Source of the DNA: Takakia lepidozioides
Lineage: Eukaryota > Plantae > Bryophyta
NCBI GenBank assembly: GCA_030704615.1
Contig: CM060731.1
Coordinates: forward strand, 30,194,001-30,258,000
Direction of reading: 5' to 3'
Length of the DNA stretch: 64,000 nt
In this document: piece after piece, positions 14,718 through 27,700 of the stretch
Position numbering within the stretch: the first letter of the stretch is position 1
Layout: each line of letters starts with the position of its first letter
Notes under the pieces: generated by a model
Database searches by the model: none
What the model was told of the DNA's origin: nothing
What the model saw: only the letters and a program-made list of their open reading frames with translations
Translations under genes and position numbers: made by a program

Positions 14718-15644
14718 TCAGGCAGGATGTCGCTCCAACAGCAAACTCCTACAGAAGCCTAAATCGAAGTTTTGTGATGGAGGATCTCCGATACAAGGAA
14801 ACACGGCATCGGCCATGGCGAAGTTCTCGTCCTCTGTGTACCCGCTCTTGGTCACAACGCACACCATGCCCGCAGCTTTGGCAGCTGCCAGGCCGATGCC
14901 ACTGTCCTCTACAACCACACACCTTCCTGCCTGCACGTTGAGAGTAGATGCTGCCAAGTTGTAGATAGCCGGATCGGGCTTCTTGCGGGGTACAATGTCC
15001 CCTGCAAAGATGGCTATGGAGGATGCTCTCTCCTCCCCCAGCAGAACACGAACAATTGCTGACACTGCCTTCTCGTTGGAGGTGCTGCACACGGCCACCT
15101 TGACGCCATCGCTCAATGCTTCATCCACAAGCTTAGAAACTCCGGGACGCAAAGGAAGCGACCCAGACTCTACCAAATCCATGAACAATGCAGTCTTTCT
15201 TTTGTGCAACCCGGCTATGAACTGTGGTCTTTCAACGTCACCTACTCCTGGCCACCCAACCTTATCGAAGTAGTGTGTCATCCGCTCCTTACCTCCTCCA
15301 ATCTTAAGAAGCTCCCCGTATAAATCCACATCCCAGGTTACATCCAAGCCCTTTTCAGCAAATGCTTGGTTGAAGCTGATACGATGGCCATCTCGTTCAG
15401 TATCAACCAGAACGCCATCGCAATCAAAGAGTAGAGCATCCGGCAGCGCTGCAACGACCTTCATCCTCCAGCTGCCTTTCTGCCTCTGGCACGCTGTTCG
15501 CCGCTTGTGGGCTCTTGAGTTTTGTGAATTCCAGAACGGAGCAAGACTAACTCCATAGCTGGAACTTGCCGAGGTGCAGGGAGGAGGAGCCAAACTGGTG
15601 CATGGCCCAGAGGCAGAGAGGGTGATGGCAGCCATTGTCGCCAT
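14718..15644 (-). CDS. CBBY: CbbY-like HAD-superfamily sugar phosphatase with N-terminal plastid transit peptide; intronless
   Basis: Single ORF from ATG 15644 (MATMAAITLSAS..., S/A/R-rich). HAD motif I LLFDCDGVLVDTE, GHRISFN, KIGGGKERM, motif II CSTSN, KKPDP and motif IV VVEDS.IG match the plant CbbY (At3g48420-type) family. Confidence 0.92.
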   Translation of the reverse strand: MATMAAITLSASGPCTSLAPPPCTSASSSYGVSLAPFWNSQNSRAHKRRTACQRQKGSWRMKVVAALPDALLFDCDGVLVDTERDGHRISFNQAFAEKGLDVTWDVDLYGELLKIGGGKERMTHYFDKVGWPGVGDVERPQFIAGLHKRKTALFMDLVESGSLPLRPGVSKLVDEALSDGVKVAVCSTSNEKAVSAIVRVLLGEERASSIAIFAGDIVPRKKPDPAIYNLAASTLNVQAGRCVVVEDSGIGLAAAKAAGMVCVVTKSGYTEDENFAMADAVFPCIGDPPSQNFDLGFCRSLLLERHPA

Positions 15645-15756
15645 ATCCTCTTCTCTCCCGCTCCTCTCTCCCTTGTTATCTTCCTTCAACACTACTCCAC
15701 AAGTTCATCCATCCACAATGATACCATGCACACCTTACACACAAGATGATGAAACC

Positions 15757-18700
15757 TGTAAGACTTTATTTACACATGTACAATGGGTGAACGTGCATAT
15801 GATGTGAAGTTCCCAAAAAGGGAGGGGAAAGAACAAGAAACAAGAGAAAGCTATAGTAAGCTACTCAACTAGAGAAAAAAAACAAAAGTTATCGTAAGCT
15901 ACTCAATCAGCGACGAAAACAGAAGTTATAGTAAACTACTCAAGGAGAGCGACCCTCCCAGCCAATAGCCTGGAGGAGATCAGGCAAGGAGATAGGCAAA
16001 GTCTCAGGCAGAAGACGAGATGACGCGGAGCTAGCCACATCAGCCCGATGCAAAATAAAGATGGCTTGTGCTCTATGCAAAGCAACTGAAACACGTTGTC
16101 GATAGTAGGCGACAAGGACGGAGGAATGTGGGATGTCAGTGGACCCGCTCTTGGCTGCATGATGTGCACATGTCCGTAGGAAATCGTCGAAGTGCCGGTG
16201 CAATGAGCCAAATATTTCGACCGCCAGTGGAAGAAATGTGTCGGTGGGGTGACGATCGCTGTAGTCGCGCTCCTTGGCCTGGGCTGCTACAGTGGTTGTC
16301 GTGCTTGGTGTGGTAGTTGCGCGAAATAGCAGATCCGCTCGAGTGGGGTCGGCGAGAACAACATCTGCTAAGGTACACAAACCATATCTAAATAGGACGA
16401 TGTCAACACGGCGGCGTGTAGAGTGGAACGTGAGCGTGGGTCGTAGATGTGATTGCTCACGCACTACATGATATCCTGCCTCCCGAGTAATAGATGTCAC
16501 CGCATCACGAACCATATCATGAGACGCAGTACGCTCACCACCTTATGGACAGCGGAGAAGATGGATGGCAAGATCATCGATGGGCTGAAGACAGACGCAG
16601 CGCTGAAGGCCCAATGCCGAAGGATGAGGCAAACCGAGTCGAAGACGGAGCGCAGTCGTGAAAATAAGGGATGAGAGGCGAAAATGTGCGATAGTGGGTC
16701 GTGCTGTCAACCATGCCCCTGCTCCGGGTCCTGCGCATGATATAAGTCGGGCTCGATGCAACTCAGAAGAAGCACTTGAGAGCATGCCGGAAAAAGAATG
16801 ACGGTGCACATGCTCGGAAATCCTGAAGATGATTGAGGCCTTGAGCAACCAACTGCTCAAATGGTGGTAGACATGCTCGCGCCGGTGTCGGAAGAAGATC
16901 TTGTGCAGAGCGGAGATGCTGTTGGAAGGGTAAAATGCCACTATTGACATGTGCAACGGCGTCCAAAAAGATGAGACGATGGTCACAGAGAAATCGTGAA
17001 GCGAGGGCTGGCGCCACCAATGCCCAACTACCGAGGAAAGCTGACGGGGCGGTAGTGACAGTGGACAAAAGACCCACACCACCGGAAGAGACGGGCAAGG
17101 TGACTTACTGTCGTGGCAAAAGTCCCTGAGCACCCTCCAGAGCTCCTTGTCCTAACAATCTCCCGAAGATAGTCATCATGGTAGTATCAAACCCAGATAA
17201 GAGGTGTAGGAAATCTGGGCTGGGTAGAACAGTGCGCAAGAGATATGAGGGACGCTGAAGGAAACATTTGGTCAAGATTCCATATGCTACCTGTACATCT
17301 CCAAGCCTAGAAAGGAGATCGGCGTGGGTGGCATCCTGGTGGAGTGCATCTTCCAAGAAGGACGTTGTGAACTGGGTGGTGCCAAAAGGGACTCCCAGGA
17401 TTCTGATGCCATTGGGCGGAGCAATGAAATGAGCAGGGAGGACAAAATCTGCAGGGAGACCGGACGGAAACCACACCGCACATTTGCGAGGTTGCACTGA
17501 AAGACCCACGACAGAGAGTTGGGTGACAAAATGATAGTAAACTGAAAGTACATGTGAGGCAGGGCCTACAATGTGCGTGTCGTCTGCCACTGACGGAAAA
17601 AGACAAGATGAGTAAACTTGTGCAGAAGCCGCGAGGGCGCGGACATGAGCCATGGCAAACAAAGGTCCTCCTAAAGGGTCGCCTTGGCGGGTCCCAACCT
17701 CGAACTGAATGATGGAGCACTCACCTAGGCGATAATGATGACTGTAGTATAGGGGAGTGGTGGATGCATAGAATAATCGAACAAACGGAATGAGCTGGTG
17801 GAAATCTCCTCCGGCTGAACGGAGCTCCTGAAAGATAGCCGCTCGTGACACAGTGTTGAAAGCGTTGGTGACGTCGACCTGGAGAACCACCCAATCCGGA
17901 TGAAGATCAAAAGCTGCACGAATCCCTTGAACCACCGCCTCGCAACCGCCTGGAGTGACGACCCTGAACTGGTGCGGAAAGAGGTGTCCGGAGAAGGCAT
18001 CTCGAAACTGAAGACATAGTGAGCGGCTGACAAGGCGGTAAAGAACCTCTCCAACTGCGATAGGGCGGATGCCAGTACCTGAGGGTTTGCTCATAGCCAA
18101 CAATCTGGAGGCCCCAAGGAGACGGGCCACTGGGGCAGGGATACGGCCAGCAGCAATAAAGGAGCAAATCTGAAATAGCTGAGAGAAGCCACTAGCAGAG
18201 TCATGTGGAGAGAAACAGCCGCGTAAGTGCTCATACAGGAGACCAGAAGGACCTGCCGCTGCAAGATGGGGACTGTGCGTGAAGGCCTGAGTGAAGACCT
18301 CCCGATCTAGCTTGAGATCCTGGTTTGGCTCGAAGTCCTCAACAAAAAGCGGCAGAATATCCTGAGCTGGTGGGTGAAGGGCTTTGAGGGCAGTGACAGT
18401 ATCCGGTGATGGAGACGCTGGTGAGGAAGGTGCTAAAGCCTTGGCCGCGCGTGAGTACTCGCCAACGCGGCCTAACATGAGACTATGACGAAGTCGCCTG
18501 TGGGCCGATGAGGGTGGCTGCGTGGAGGAAGCGGGAGGGGCGCGTGCCGCAAGGGCTAGTGCCCGTAATTGATGCTCATCTTGTAGACTCTCCCAATCTC
18601 CAGATAAAAAATAGTGAAGACGGATGCGCGTCTCTCTGTGCCCTGACTGACCGCCACGAGGGGGCAAAACCAAACACCAATGAGGAAATAACAAGAAAAG

Positions 18701-19770
18701 ATACCATGCTGGTATATCATTAGGATCACGAGCTAGCCTGTCTAAGGGTAGACGGAGTGCCAGTTGGACCTCATGACGTAGTGCCACCGGAATTCTTGTA
18801 TAAAGACGAGGCCTTGGCAGTCCTATCTGAAATGCGCCCAGAACATCTAGCGCTGAAAGCCAATGAGAAGCAGAGGCAGGAGGTGGCGCGTGCAAGACAC
18901 TGGGCTGAAATGGAGAAGTACCATTTGTGTGGGACTGATGAAGAGCCGCACACGTGCGTTGGTGTCGCGCAAGCCCTCTGATGCGCGCAAAAAGACGACC
19001 GCAAGCTGGGCATGGGGTACGGTCTGATAGGAGAGGCGCCTGCTGTTGGGGTAAGAGTGATGGGGTCGGCAATGCAGGCTGCATAACTGGAGAAGAAGGC
19101 ACGTGGATAGGCTCATGACCAAGAAGAGTTGGGTTGCCATGAAACCGCTGCCGAGAATGGGATGGAGAACCTGGAGGAGAAGTGACTGGCGTGGGACCTC
19201 GAACCCTACCTGAGAGGTGTAGTGGGGGAGGGCTCAACAGACACTGTGGGAGTTCTTTGGTCGGTGGGGCGCCAATAGAAGAACCTGGAATCAGCGATGG
19301 AGAAGACCGTTGTGAAGATGACGACTCTTCTTGAACTTGGTGTCTGGAGCTTGGACTCTGGTGCGCATCAGGAACATGTGAGCAAGGGGTAGGGGTAAGT
19401 TGGCATTGGGGTCTTCCAAGAGGAGTAGGTCTTCCAGTAGGAGCAGTTGCGGCTGTGTTCAGCACCTCTTGTTGCTCTGGGGAGCGAACTGCCAAGGATG
19501 GTGGAGTAGGCAGTAAAGGGGTTGTGGTGAGGGCTGAAGTTGGCTGCCTGTACGGCGTCGGGGCTGAACGAGCTGGGGACGAGCCGATCGAGGCCGCCTG
19601 ACCGGCGTGGGGCCCACTGTTGCACAGCGAGCAAGCGCTCAGCGGCCGCTTGCTCGCTTAGCGCTGCTACAGCTATCACTACTGCCAACACCTCCACTAA
19701 GTTGGCGACGCTGTAGGCCTTGCCGAGGTCTGGCGGCGACGCCGCTCATCGTACTTCTCGTGTCCTAACA
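15757..19770 (-). mobile_element. Near full-length CRE-clade non-LTR retrotransposon (zinc finger + RT + CCHC + restriction-like endonuclease) with disrupted ORF
   Basis: CPACGRLF..RGLARHQRTC; GIRPIAVGE, DVTNAFNTVSR, GTRQGDPLGGPLF, VADD, GIRILGVPFG; LP.SSGGVGL, AGAWL, LRLRLG; CVC..IHLLRC*GGERTASHD; RLE RVDIV..ADV..AKERDY..FLPLAVEIFG. In-frame TAA at 17105 and 16543, a frameshift near 16820 and another upstream of 19495. Confidence 0.9.
15845..15945 (-). repeat. Three ~38-bp spaced repeats (ttgagtagcttactata-like) in the CRE 3' UTR
   Basis: tagtaagctactcaa, tcgtaagctactcaa and tagtaaactactcaa at ~15853, ~15892 and ~15929. Confidence 0.75.
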
Positions 19771-21710
19771 GGGTTTCAAAATAACAAGTGGGATGTGTGG
19801 TGGAAGCTTCAGAATTCAAACTCTCCCTAAAGCCTGGTGCTCTACTCTATAAAGATCACATCGTAATTGAAGTGGTTTGAATGATGTTCTATGAGTATTT
19901 ATGTAGTAGATTACAAAATGAGAACTGATCACTTCTTGTGCTTGCCTGAGAGTCGAGACATCCCATCTCTCATCTCCTCATAAGCTCGGACATCCCCACA
20001 AGTGAATCCTCGATCTATATTTCTTCACACCTACATACGTCATGTCATCACTTACTTTCCTCATTGGAAAAGCATGCAGTCGCTTTCAGATCATGATCAG
20101 GAGTTCCTGTTCTTCAGGATTGCGGATATTTTAAGCTTTCGATTTCAAGGGAAACCCACAAGTGAAAATGTAAGCAAGACTACTAGTGGGATGGAACAGT
20201 TTTACATCTTCTTAGTGGGAAAAACTCTTATGGCCTCCTGAAGTTTGATTTGGATTGTCTTGACAGCAGTAACACACGGACGCAGACTGGTCAAATGTGT
20301 ACGTGATGCATTCACGTACAGTATCTCTCGGGTTCTACTTTGCGAGATGATGTGGGGTAATGGGCAGTGTGCGGAATCTGCATTGGGTCGTCTTTCGTCT
20401 CTCTGCCCCCGCAATGACGCCATTGTTGCTGCTAGAATCTTGGCAGGGATATTACGTGGACAGTGGGATTCTGTAGCGCTTGTTATTACGAGTTGCTGAT
20501 TATAGATTAGTGCTGTTGATTCTCTTACTTTTTCGGGCTTGCTGTCCTACTAATAACTCTGTCTCTTTAGGCTTGACTTTTGGACCGTAATAGTTTCTCT
20601 CTCTCTGCTGTTTTACTCGATCTCGTTCACGTCACTCTGTAACCGACGTTGTGGATCCCGAGCTTCCGTCACCTCTCTATCTCTGCACCACACCTTCCTC
20701 TCATCTATGGGTCTGTGCAGATGATTTAGCTCAATCTCTGTTTTCCGCAGCCACGCACGTCCATCTTCGGCAACTCTACTCCGTAGGTTCTAGATATTGC
20801 TCCCTTTCTCGTCCTCTAGCTTTGGATGCTTATCAGAGGCCCCTTCTGATCCATGTGGGAGCTGTATTCTAGGTGGATCTACCTGTGATGTTCGTGCATT
20901 AAAAATGTGTGGGTGCCTCCGCCTGTTATGCTTCGGATTCGTGATTCTCTCGCGTCACTCTGGACATTTCGTGGATTTTGATTGATTTTCTTGTGGGTCT
21001 CCAACTTCTGCTGTTCTATCTGGTCTGATCCAGAGTCATAACTAGCATGTACGTAGCTGTAAGAAAGGATGCTAGGAATCTAACGAACAGTTGTTCAATT
21101 ATAGAGTGAAGAGTTCCGATCTCTTTGAGCTCCCAACATTCCAACTCTCTCGCTCAGATGAATGACAGAGAAAATGGCCGTTCTCTAGCAGAAGGTAAAC
21201 GGTGGACTCCTGCCGAAGCAAGCGTGAATTATGGGGTCAAAGGCTACTACGCTCTCTAGCATATCCAACAACACCCACCTTTGTAAGGTGCCGTTTTGTA
21301 GTATCTTCGACCAAAGGCTTGCAGTTACACTCTGCAAAATCTCAACAATTTGTTCAGATCTTCTGACAGTGCACTATCTGCAAGTCCAGGAAAGCAAACT
21401 GCATTGGTGGTTGTTATGGTAGACAACAGTGCCAGGTAGTAAGAGATCTTGTAATAGGTCTAGATACCGGGAGACACCAGCAGACGAATCGACGAATAAT
21501 TTGGCAGCAGGGACCAAATCGCCAAAGAAGAGTGGTGGTGCGAATGCTGCGGGCTGTAGCAAGTCTTGCTGAGTTTAATGATGAAAATGCCCGTACATGC
21601 ATATATGCAAATTCGCAGGGCTCTAAGTGCCTCTGGTACAAGATTGGAATTGCTATGAGAGCGTTCTGGCATTGAGGATTAGGTGGGAACAGCAGATAAT
21701 ATTAAACAAA

Positions 21711-24700
21711 ATGGTTGAGGGCAAAAATAAGACCTGTACCTCAACTTTGCAGTTAGGCACCTTGCCAACCTTGGCTAAGCAGGTGGAGGAAGACGATGAT
21801 TCAACTTATGGAACAGGCTCTGATCCCAGAGAAAATCCTCAACAGGAAGGGAGAAAGAAAGCAAAACAGAGGAACAAGAAGAAGGGGGCTAGGTGCTCCC
21901 CCATCAAAGCAGTGGTTGAGAGAGAGAATGACCAACAAGCAAGCAGTTATCCTGTGGGAGAATTCTCTGGTAAGTGAAGTGCCTCCAAGCTGTAGAAACG
22001 TTGGATCCTCAGTGTTACCTATAAACCGCAAGAAGGCACTTGTAAAGGCACCGGCAGAACCCTCTGCTTTAGCAATGATTCTCGGTTGAGGTTTGGCGAC
22101 CTGTATATGTTGGTGGGTTTCTGGATTAATGTGAATGTTTTTTGGCCTCCATGGTATCAGCCAGCAGCTTCCTATATCCACAAACAAGTAAAGTACTTGC
22201 AGGGCACACGGGCAATGTTTCCCGCATGACCAGTATTCATAACATGATCCCTGTTGCGTGCACTTTGTGACACCAGGGACATGTCCACCTTGTTTTGACA
22301 AACACTTACTGGCATTGGCATTGGTAGGGGGCTGGAGGCAGGAACAACCAGGAGGTAATATGGGCAATGGTAAATCAATATGTGCAATCTCTACGAAAGG
22401 GAAAAAGGGAGCTGCTTCTAAAGATGTTTGGAACCAATCCTCGCCAGCAGTCAATGGTGGTGAATCGTCAGTTTCTGGAAAAGAGGGGCCTGCAGGTGTG
22501 TGGGGCACAAGGGACTTCAGTACTGCTTAGTGATCACTCTCAAATTTTTAATCACAATGGTAACTGCTACCTTGGTGTTTGAAATTCTTTCAGTGGGCAC
22601 CACCATAAAGACATCCTTGAGCCTTGGGATTAATTCTTTGTTGTGTTTCCAACTTTTATTTCTCTAATATCAACAAAATGGTTCACCATTGCAGATGCTG
22701 CTGTGTCCTCTCCCTCCACTGGATATGGCAAAGTTGCCCTCCATGTGCAAGATCAATCCACTGATCCAGCTGAAGGCCAAACCAGTCCACCTGATTCAGA
22801 TTGGGAAGTTGCAACGGCTCGCCACAATTGGAAGGGTGAGGAGATATATCCAAAGCTAAACTCGGGCCCAGTGTCATCTACTTCGGGTTGGCACATGGAT
22901 GCAGGTAGATTTGATGCCTCCCCAAATGAGGACAAAGGCGAGTCAGATTTTAATATAGTTGGAAAGAAATAATGCCAGATGTTGGTGTAGAATATGGCTG
23001 TCACACTAGCTCTATGGTCATGGTGAATGGATACAGCCCTTTCTCTTAGCACAACAGTGCCTGTCGAATATGAGGACTCATGTATCAAACTTATGACCTG
23101 CTAACAAGAGGATTGCATTTGTAGGCTGTTTATGTTTTTGATATACCCTGCAAACAAGAGCACTACTGAGTTGGTGACACCCTGCATGTCACACTGCCCC
23201 CACTGGACTATATACATGTTCTATGTGAAGATTCACTGGGTTACAAATGCGATGTGACATGTACGTTGTCAATAAACATCTTCTCTGTATGTTTGAACTG
23301 AACACCCTTTATGCAGGTCCCTCATTTACAGATGGATGGGATGATGTGGCTGGTGGATGGGAATCAAAGCCCTCTCATGGGCAGAGCAAGAATTTGAATC
23401 CTGTGCTAGCAAGAACAGCAGGTAGAGACCAGTCTCAAGCCTGGAATTTTGTAACTGAAAAAGACACATCCAGCAGAACAAATGATGGACAGCTAGAGAT
23501 GTTAGAGAATGGGTCGACAAATCCCAAAGTGCACCTGCCTGTGGATAAGGGCTATTCACAGGATGGCAAAGTACATGTCAAGGAAAACTCAAGTGATGCA
23601 GGCTGGGAGACTGTGCCAAGAAGTAGAGGAAAGGGCCCTGGAGCAAAGCGAGATTCTCTGCAATCACAAGCAGACAGAGGAAAATCACAGAACACTAGAA
23701 TCCAAGACAAAGATAAAAATGCGAGGAATGGAGCAGGGAAGCAGGTAGGCCTCGAGGTCAACAGTGGAAAAGCACTTGGAACTGTACAAGCACAGTCTTT
23801 GGGTAATGCTAGCGAGCAGGAAGGTCTGTCCGGGTGGGGCTCTGTAAGAGATAGTGACTGGGACTGTTGGAAAGGGCAAGGTCAGACTGATCCTTTTGAG
23901 GATGGGAGCCATTCACAGACTGGAAACTCAGTTACTCCTGTCTCAAGAAACAGGAACTCAAAGCAGGGGGCCAAGGTGGATGCAGCCACTTTCGTTTTGC
24001 CATCCTTACCACCGGACTGGTCTCGAAGTTCAGTTGAACAATCTGCAGGATCTGCAGGTAATCAAGGCTGCACTGCGGCATTAAAAGCAACTTGGGGATT
24101 GCTCAATTGAACATACATGGGATTTGTGAGGCAAGTTAACAAGCGGTTCTGTGTATCATCTGCAGATTGGCCATCTGGACGTTAGTCTCATCCTTCTCCT
24201 GCCTACTGACTCAGGGTGCTTATTAATGGGATCAATATGCCACTTCTATGTCCATGCAAGGCTCTTGCTGAAGTAGTCATTCTAAATTTTCTCCCTGCTG
24301 GGTCTGGGGGTCTATGGCCACAAGGCTACAGCAACCTACATCTTATGAGTACATTCAGAGCTACTGGGCCTTACTCAAGTAATGTTGTTTGACAATCATA
24401 AGAGGAAAAGACCTTCAATTGCCTTAACTAATCTAACTGATATTATATGCTTTTGGATGCCCACGATGCCAGGTACTCCCACAGGTGGTATCCCACCTCA
24501 GCAAGCGGCAAGTGGGACAGATGTGTATGACTACCCAGCTAGTGTCTACTCAGACAGCCAGTGCTCTGACCTGGATGATCTAGAAGATGATAGTGATGAA
24601 GCCTTCATCAGTGATGACGACTGTGACTCAGATGCGACACAAAGAAGTCATGAAACTCTCAAAAAGTTGAAATGGTTCCGGGATTTCTTTCAGGACCTTG

Positions 24701-27700
24701 ACAACTTAAGTAAGGAGCAACTGCATGGCCATGACCGGCAGTGGCATTGTCCTGCATGCAAGGGAGGTGTGGGTGCCATTGACTGGTTTCGAGGGTTGGG
24801 GCCTTTAGTGACGCATGCAAGAACAATGAGATCCAGACGGGTGAGGTTGCATCGCAGCTTTGTAGAGGTTTTGGAGGAAGAGTTACGGCTAAGACGAGCA
24901 GGAGCAAGCAAAGGTGATGTTGGGGCTTTATTTGGAAAGTGGAAAGGGCTCCATGATGACACTGATGCCCAAAATCCTTTGATGGTGTGGCCACCTATGG
25001 TTGTAATTCAGAACACTCAGCTGGAGCTTGATGAGAACGAGACGGTTTGTGTCTTTTCTTTTCTCCCATCCTTCTGTACTTTTCACAAACGACTGCAGGA
25101 TGTGAACAGCTTTGAATATCAGGCTAAAGGATGACCAAATAGTAAGAATTTTTGCAACTTAGGAGTTGAAGGAGTTACCTTATCCCCATGACTCTACTGG
25201 ATATGGCATATGAGTGTTGGTTTGACAGACAAATAGATGAACAGAGAAGTGAGGCACTTGAAAGATGCATTAGACACATGCACACACACCAAAACAAAAG
25301 TTTTGCAGAAAAAGAAAACTTCGTGCCACAAGCCATCGAGAGGGAAAGACCCCTGAGACAACTCTACTGAGTAATCCACAGAGGGGATTCATCTTCCTTG
25401 GGAGGTTGATGCCATATGTTGCATCTTCTGTGTGTTCAGTTATGATTGTGATTTGGTGGGTCCCATCAGGCCGCAAAGGGATCTTTACATGGCCTGGTAC
25501 TGTGGATGGTTTTTGCCTGGGGAAAGTATGGTTCAGACATGTTAAAGATCTTCCACCATATGCGCACTGTTGACATTGCAGGGGGATGCCATCAATTCCC
25601 ATCGGTCCTGTGTGAACTGAAAATAGGTGTTGAAGTAATTTGAATAGCAATTTATGAATAAGCTAATCTTTCAAACCCGAGTTTTTTCCTCAATGACACA
25701 AGCTCATCAATGGATGCAGTGGCTCGGAATGGGAAACAAGGAGCTGCTAGACTACTTCCAGGAGTACAATCCCCTTAAGCCCCGGCATGCCTATGGGCCT
25801 CAAGGTCACCGTGGTATGAGTCTATTGGTTTTTGGAGAGTCTCCCAGTGGTTATCATGATGCTCAGCGTCTCAATAAACACTTCAAAGATGCAAAACGTG
25901 GAAGAGATGACTGGATCCGCCCAGGCAAGCTCCTTTATCACCCGGGCGGTGACAGGAAGCGCATTCTCTACGGCTTCATGGCCACCAAGGAAGACATTGA
26001 TCTCTTCAACCGACACAACAAAGGTGTGTTAATTCCCTATTTCCTTCGTGAGGGTTGGCTGATGATACATCCAATTTCCGTTTAATTTCTCTCACAAAGT
26101 CTAACATTGGGAACAGTTGCTTATCATGGAGGAAGCGACAGTTCTCTGAGCGACTCAGTGGTAGGATTCTGAAACAGAAGACATTTTTGTGCCCAGTAAA
26201 AGCCCACCAGGACAGTTCTCTGAGCACCAGGACAGAAATGGTGATATTTAGTACCAAACTCAAGAAAACCATCAACATAGACTTGGGACAGCCCAGAACA
26301 AAAAGAAAAGGAAGAGGCATGGGACACAAGCTTGGGAAAAGAAATATCAGGGGTTATGGGACAATTGAAGAGGATGCCAACAATGCCAGCTAAAATTCTA
26401 TTGGAGATGATTTGGAAGTGTAAATGGAACCAACCACCAGCTGAGATACCAAAAAAATTCTGTTGCACCCATCTCCAGCAACCCTCTTTCACCTCTCCTA
26501 CTGATCTCAAGGGGAGGTGTTGTAGAGAGGGTGAGGTCTCAGCCTCTTTTTTGTCTTCAGACGATCTTGCCATGAAAGCTCTTTTCTTAGTGATCATCAG
26601 CCCTAGCCATATGCGGTGTGCAATTGGTTCAAAGCTTGACCTGCTCATTCTGCAGCCAAAGGCCACTGTGTCTGGCCTTAAAATGCGCCCAAGGGTGATA
26701 TCGTGTCGGCAGGTACATGCTTGGCAATATGGCCGGATTTTGAGGCTACAGAGTTTGAATCTTGGAGACTTCTCCCTAAGCAATTGGTAGCTGTAGAGTA
26801 AGAATAACAGAACCAAATTCTTTCAGCACAAGACCAAAAGAGAAGGTATTGATACAACAATTGCACGAGATGGAGTTGTTGAACCTCAGCCAATCTGCAG
26901 TTACTGTATATGCCACTTGCCAGAGGAAGATATAAATTTGGTTAGCTACTTGTTAACTTTTCATCTTTTTGGTGAGGGAAGGGGCCACATCATTCAACAA
27001 CCTTTATAGATCAAAATATCTCAATGACAAACTTGGCAACCCATGAAATGCTGACCAAGAGAGAGTCAGCCATCCAAGAAACACTCCAACCACGGCAGGG
27101 TCCTTGAGCTAACCATCCTCCAAGAAAAAGTAAGCCCCACCAAAATGACAAAAGTGACAGAAGCCCAGACACCAGCTGAAATCCTGAACATAGCAACCAT
27201 CAACAACTGGAAGCAAGGCAAAAGTGTCGGAAGCCAAGCTGAACATTCCCAGAATGCAGGAAAGTAGAGCTACTTTCCAGATTCATCCCACCTGTCAAGG
27301 GGGAGAGGCACAGTTGCCCTGCTAATAACATGCAGAGACTGCCTTTTTCCCAGTTGCTCTTAAAGCAAGAGGGTAAGCCCTAAGCTGTGTCCTTCCTCGA
27401 GTTCAGGAGAGGTCGAGCAGGATGATCCATGCACTCCTTGTAGCAGTAAACTCTTCAAAACAGATGTCCTTCAGAGTCAGTCTGACCATAGGCCTGCTCA
27501 TTCCAAATGTGCCAGTGGGGAGCTTCTGACATTGTTGCAAAGCCTACACCCCGCCATTCTGCTTTCTTCCTTGGAGTCAAACTTGAAGAGAGTTTTCAGG
27601 AATTCTCTCTTATGCTTCATGTGGACATTGAATTGTTGTGTGTAACAATCCTAGCAAATGTATCTATCTAGAATGCGCTGTAAAAAAATATAACCCTCTT

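Noticed and set aside
21801-22508. 235-aa antisense ORF over SGS3 exons 1-2
   Set aside because: Shadow ORF with no homology cues; the sense-strand exons have proper splice sites.
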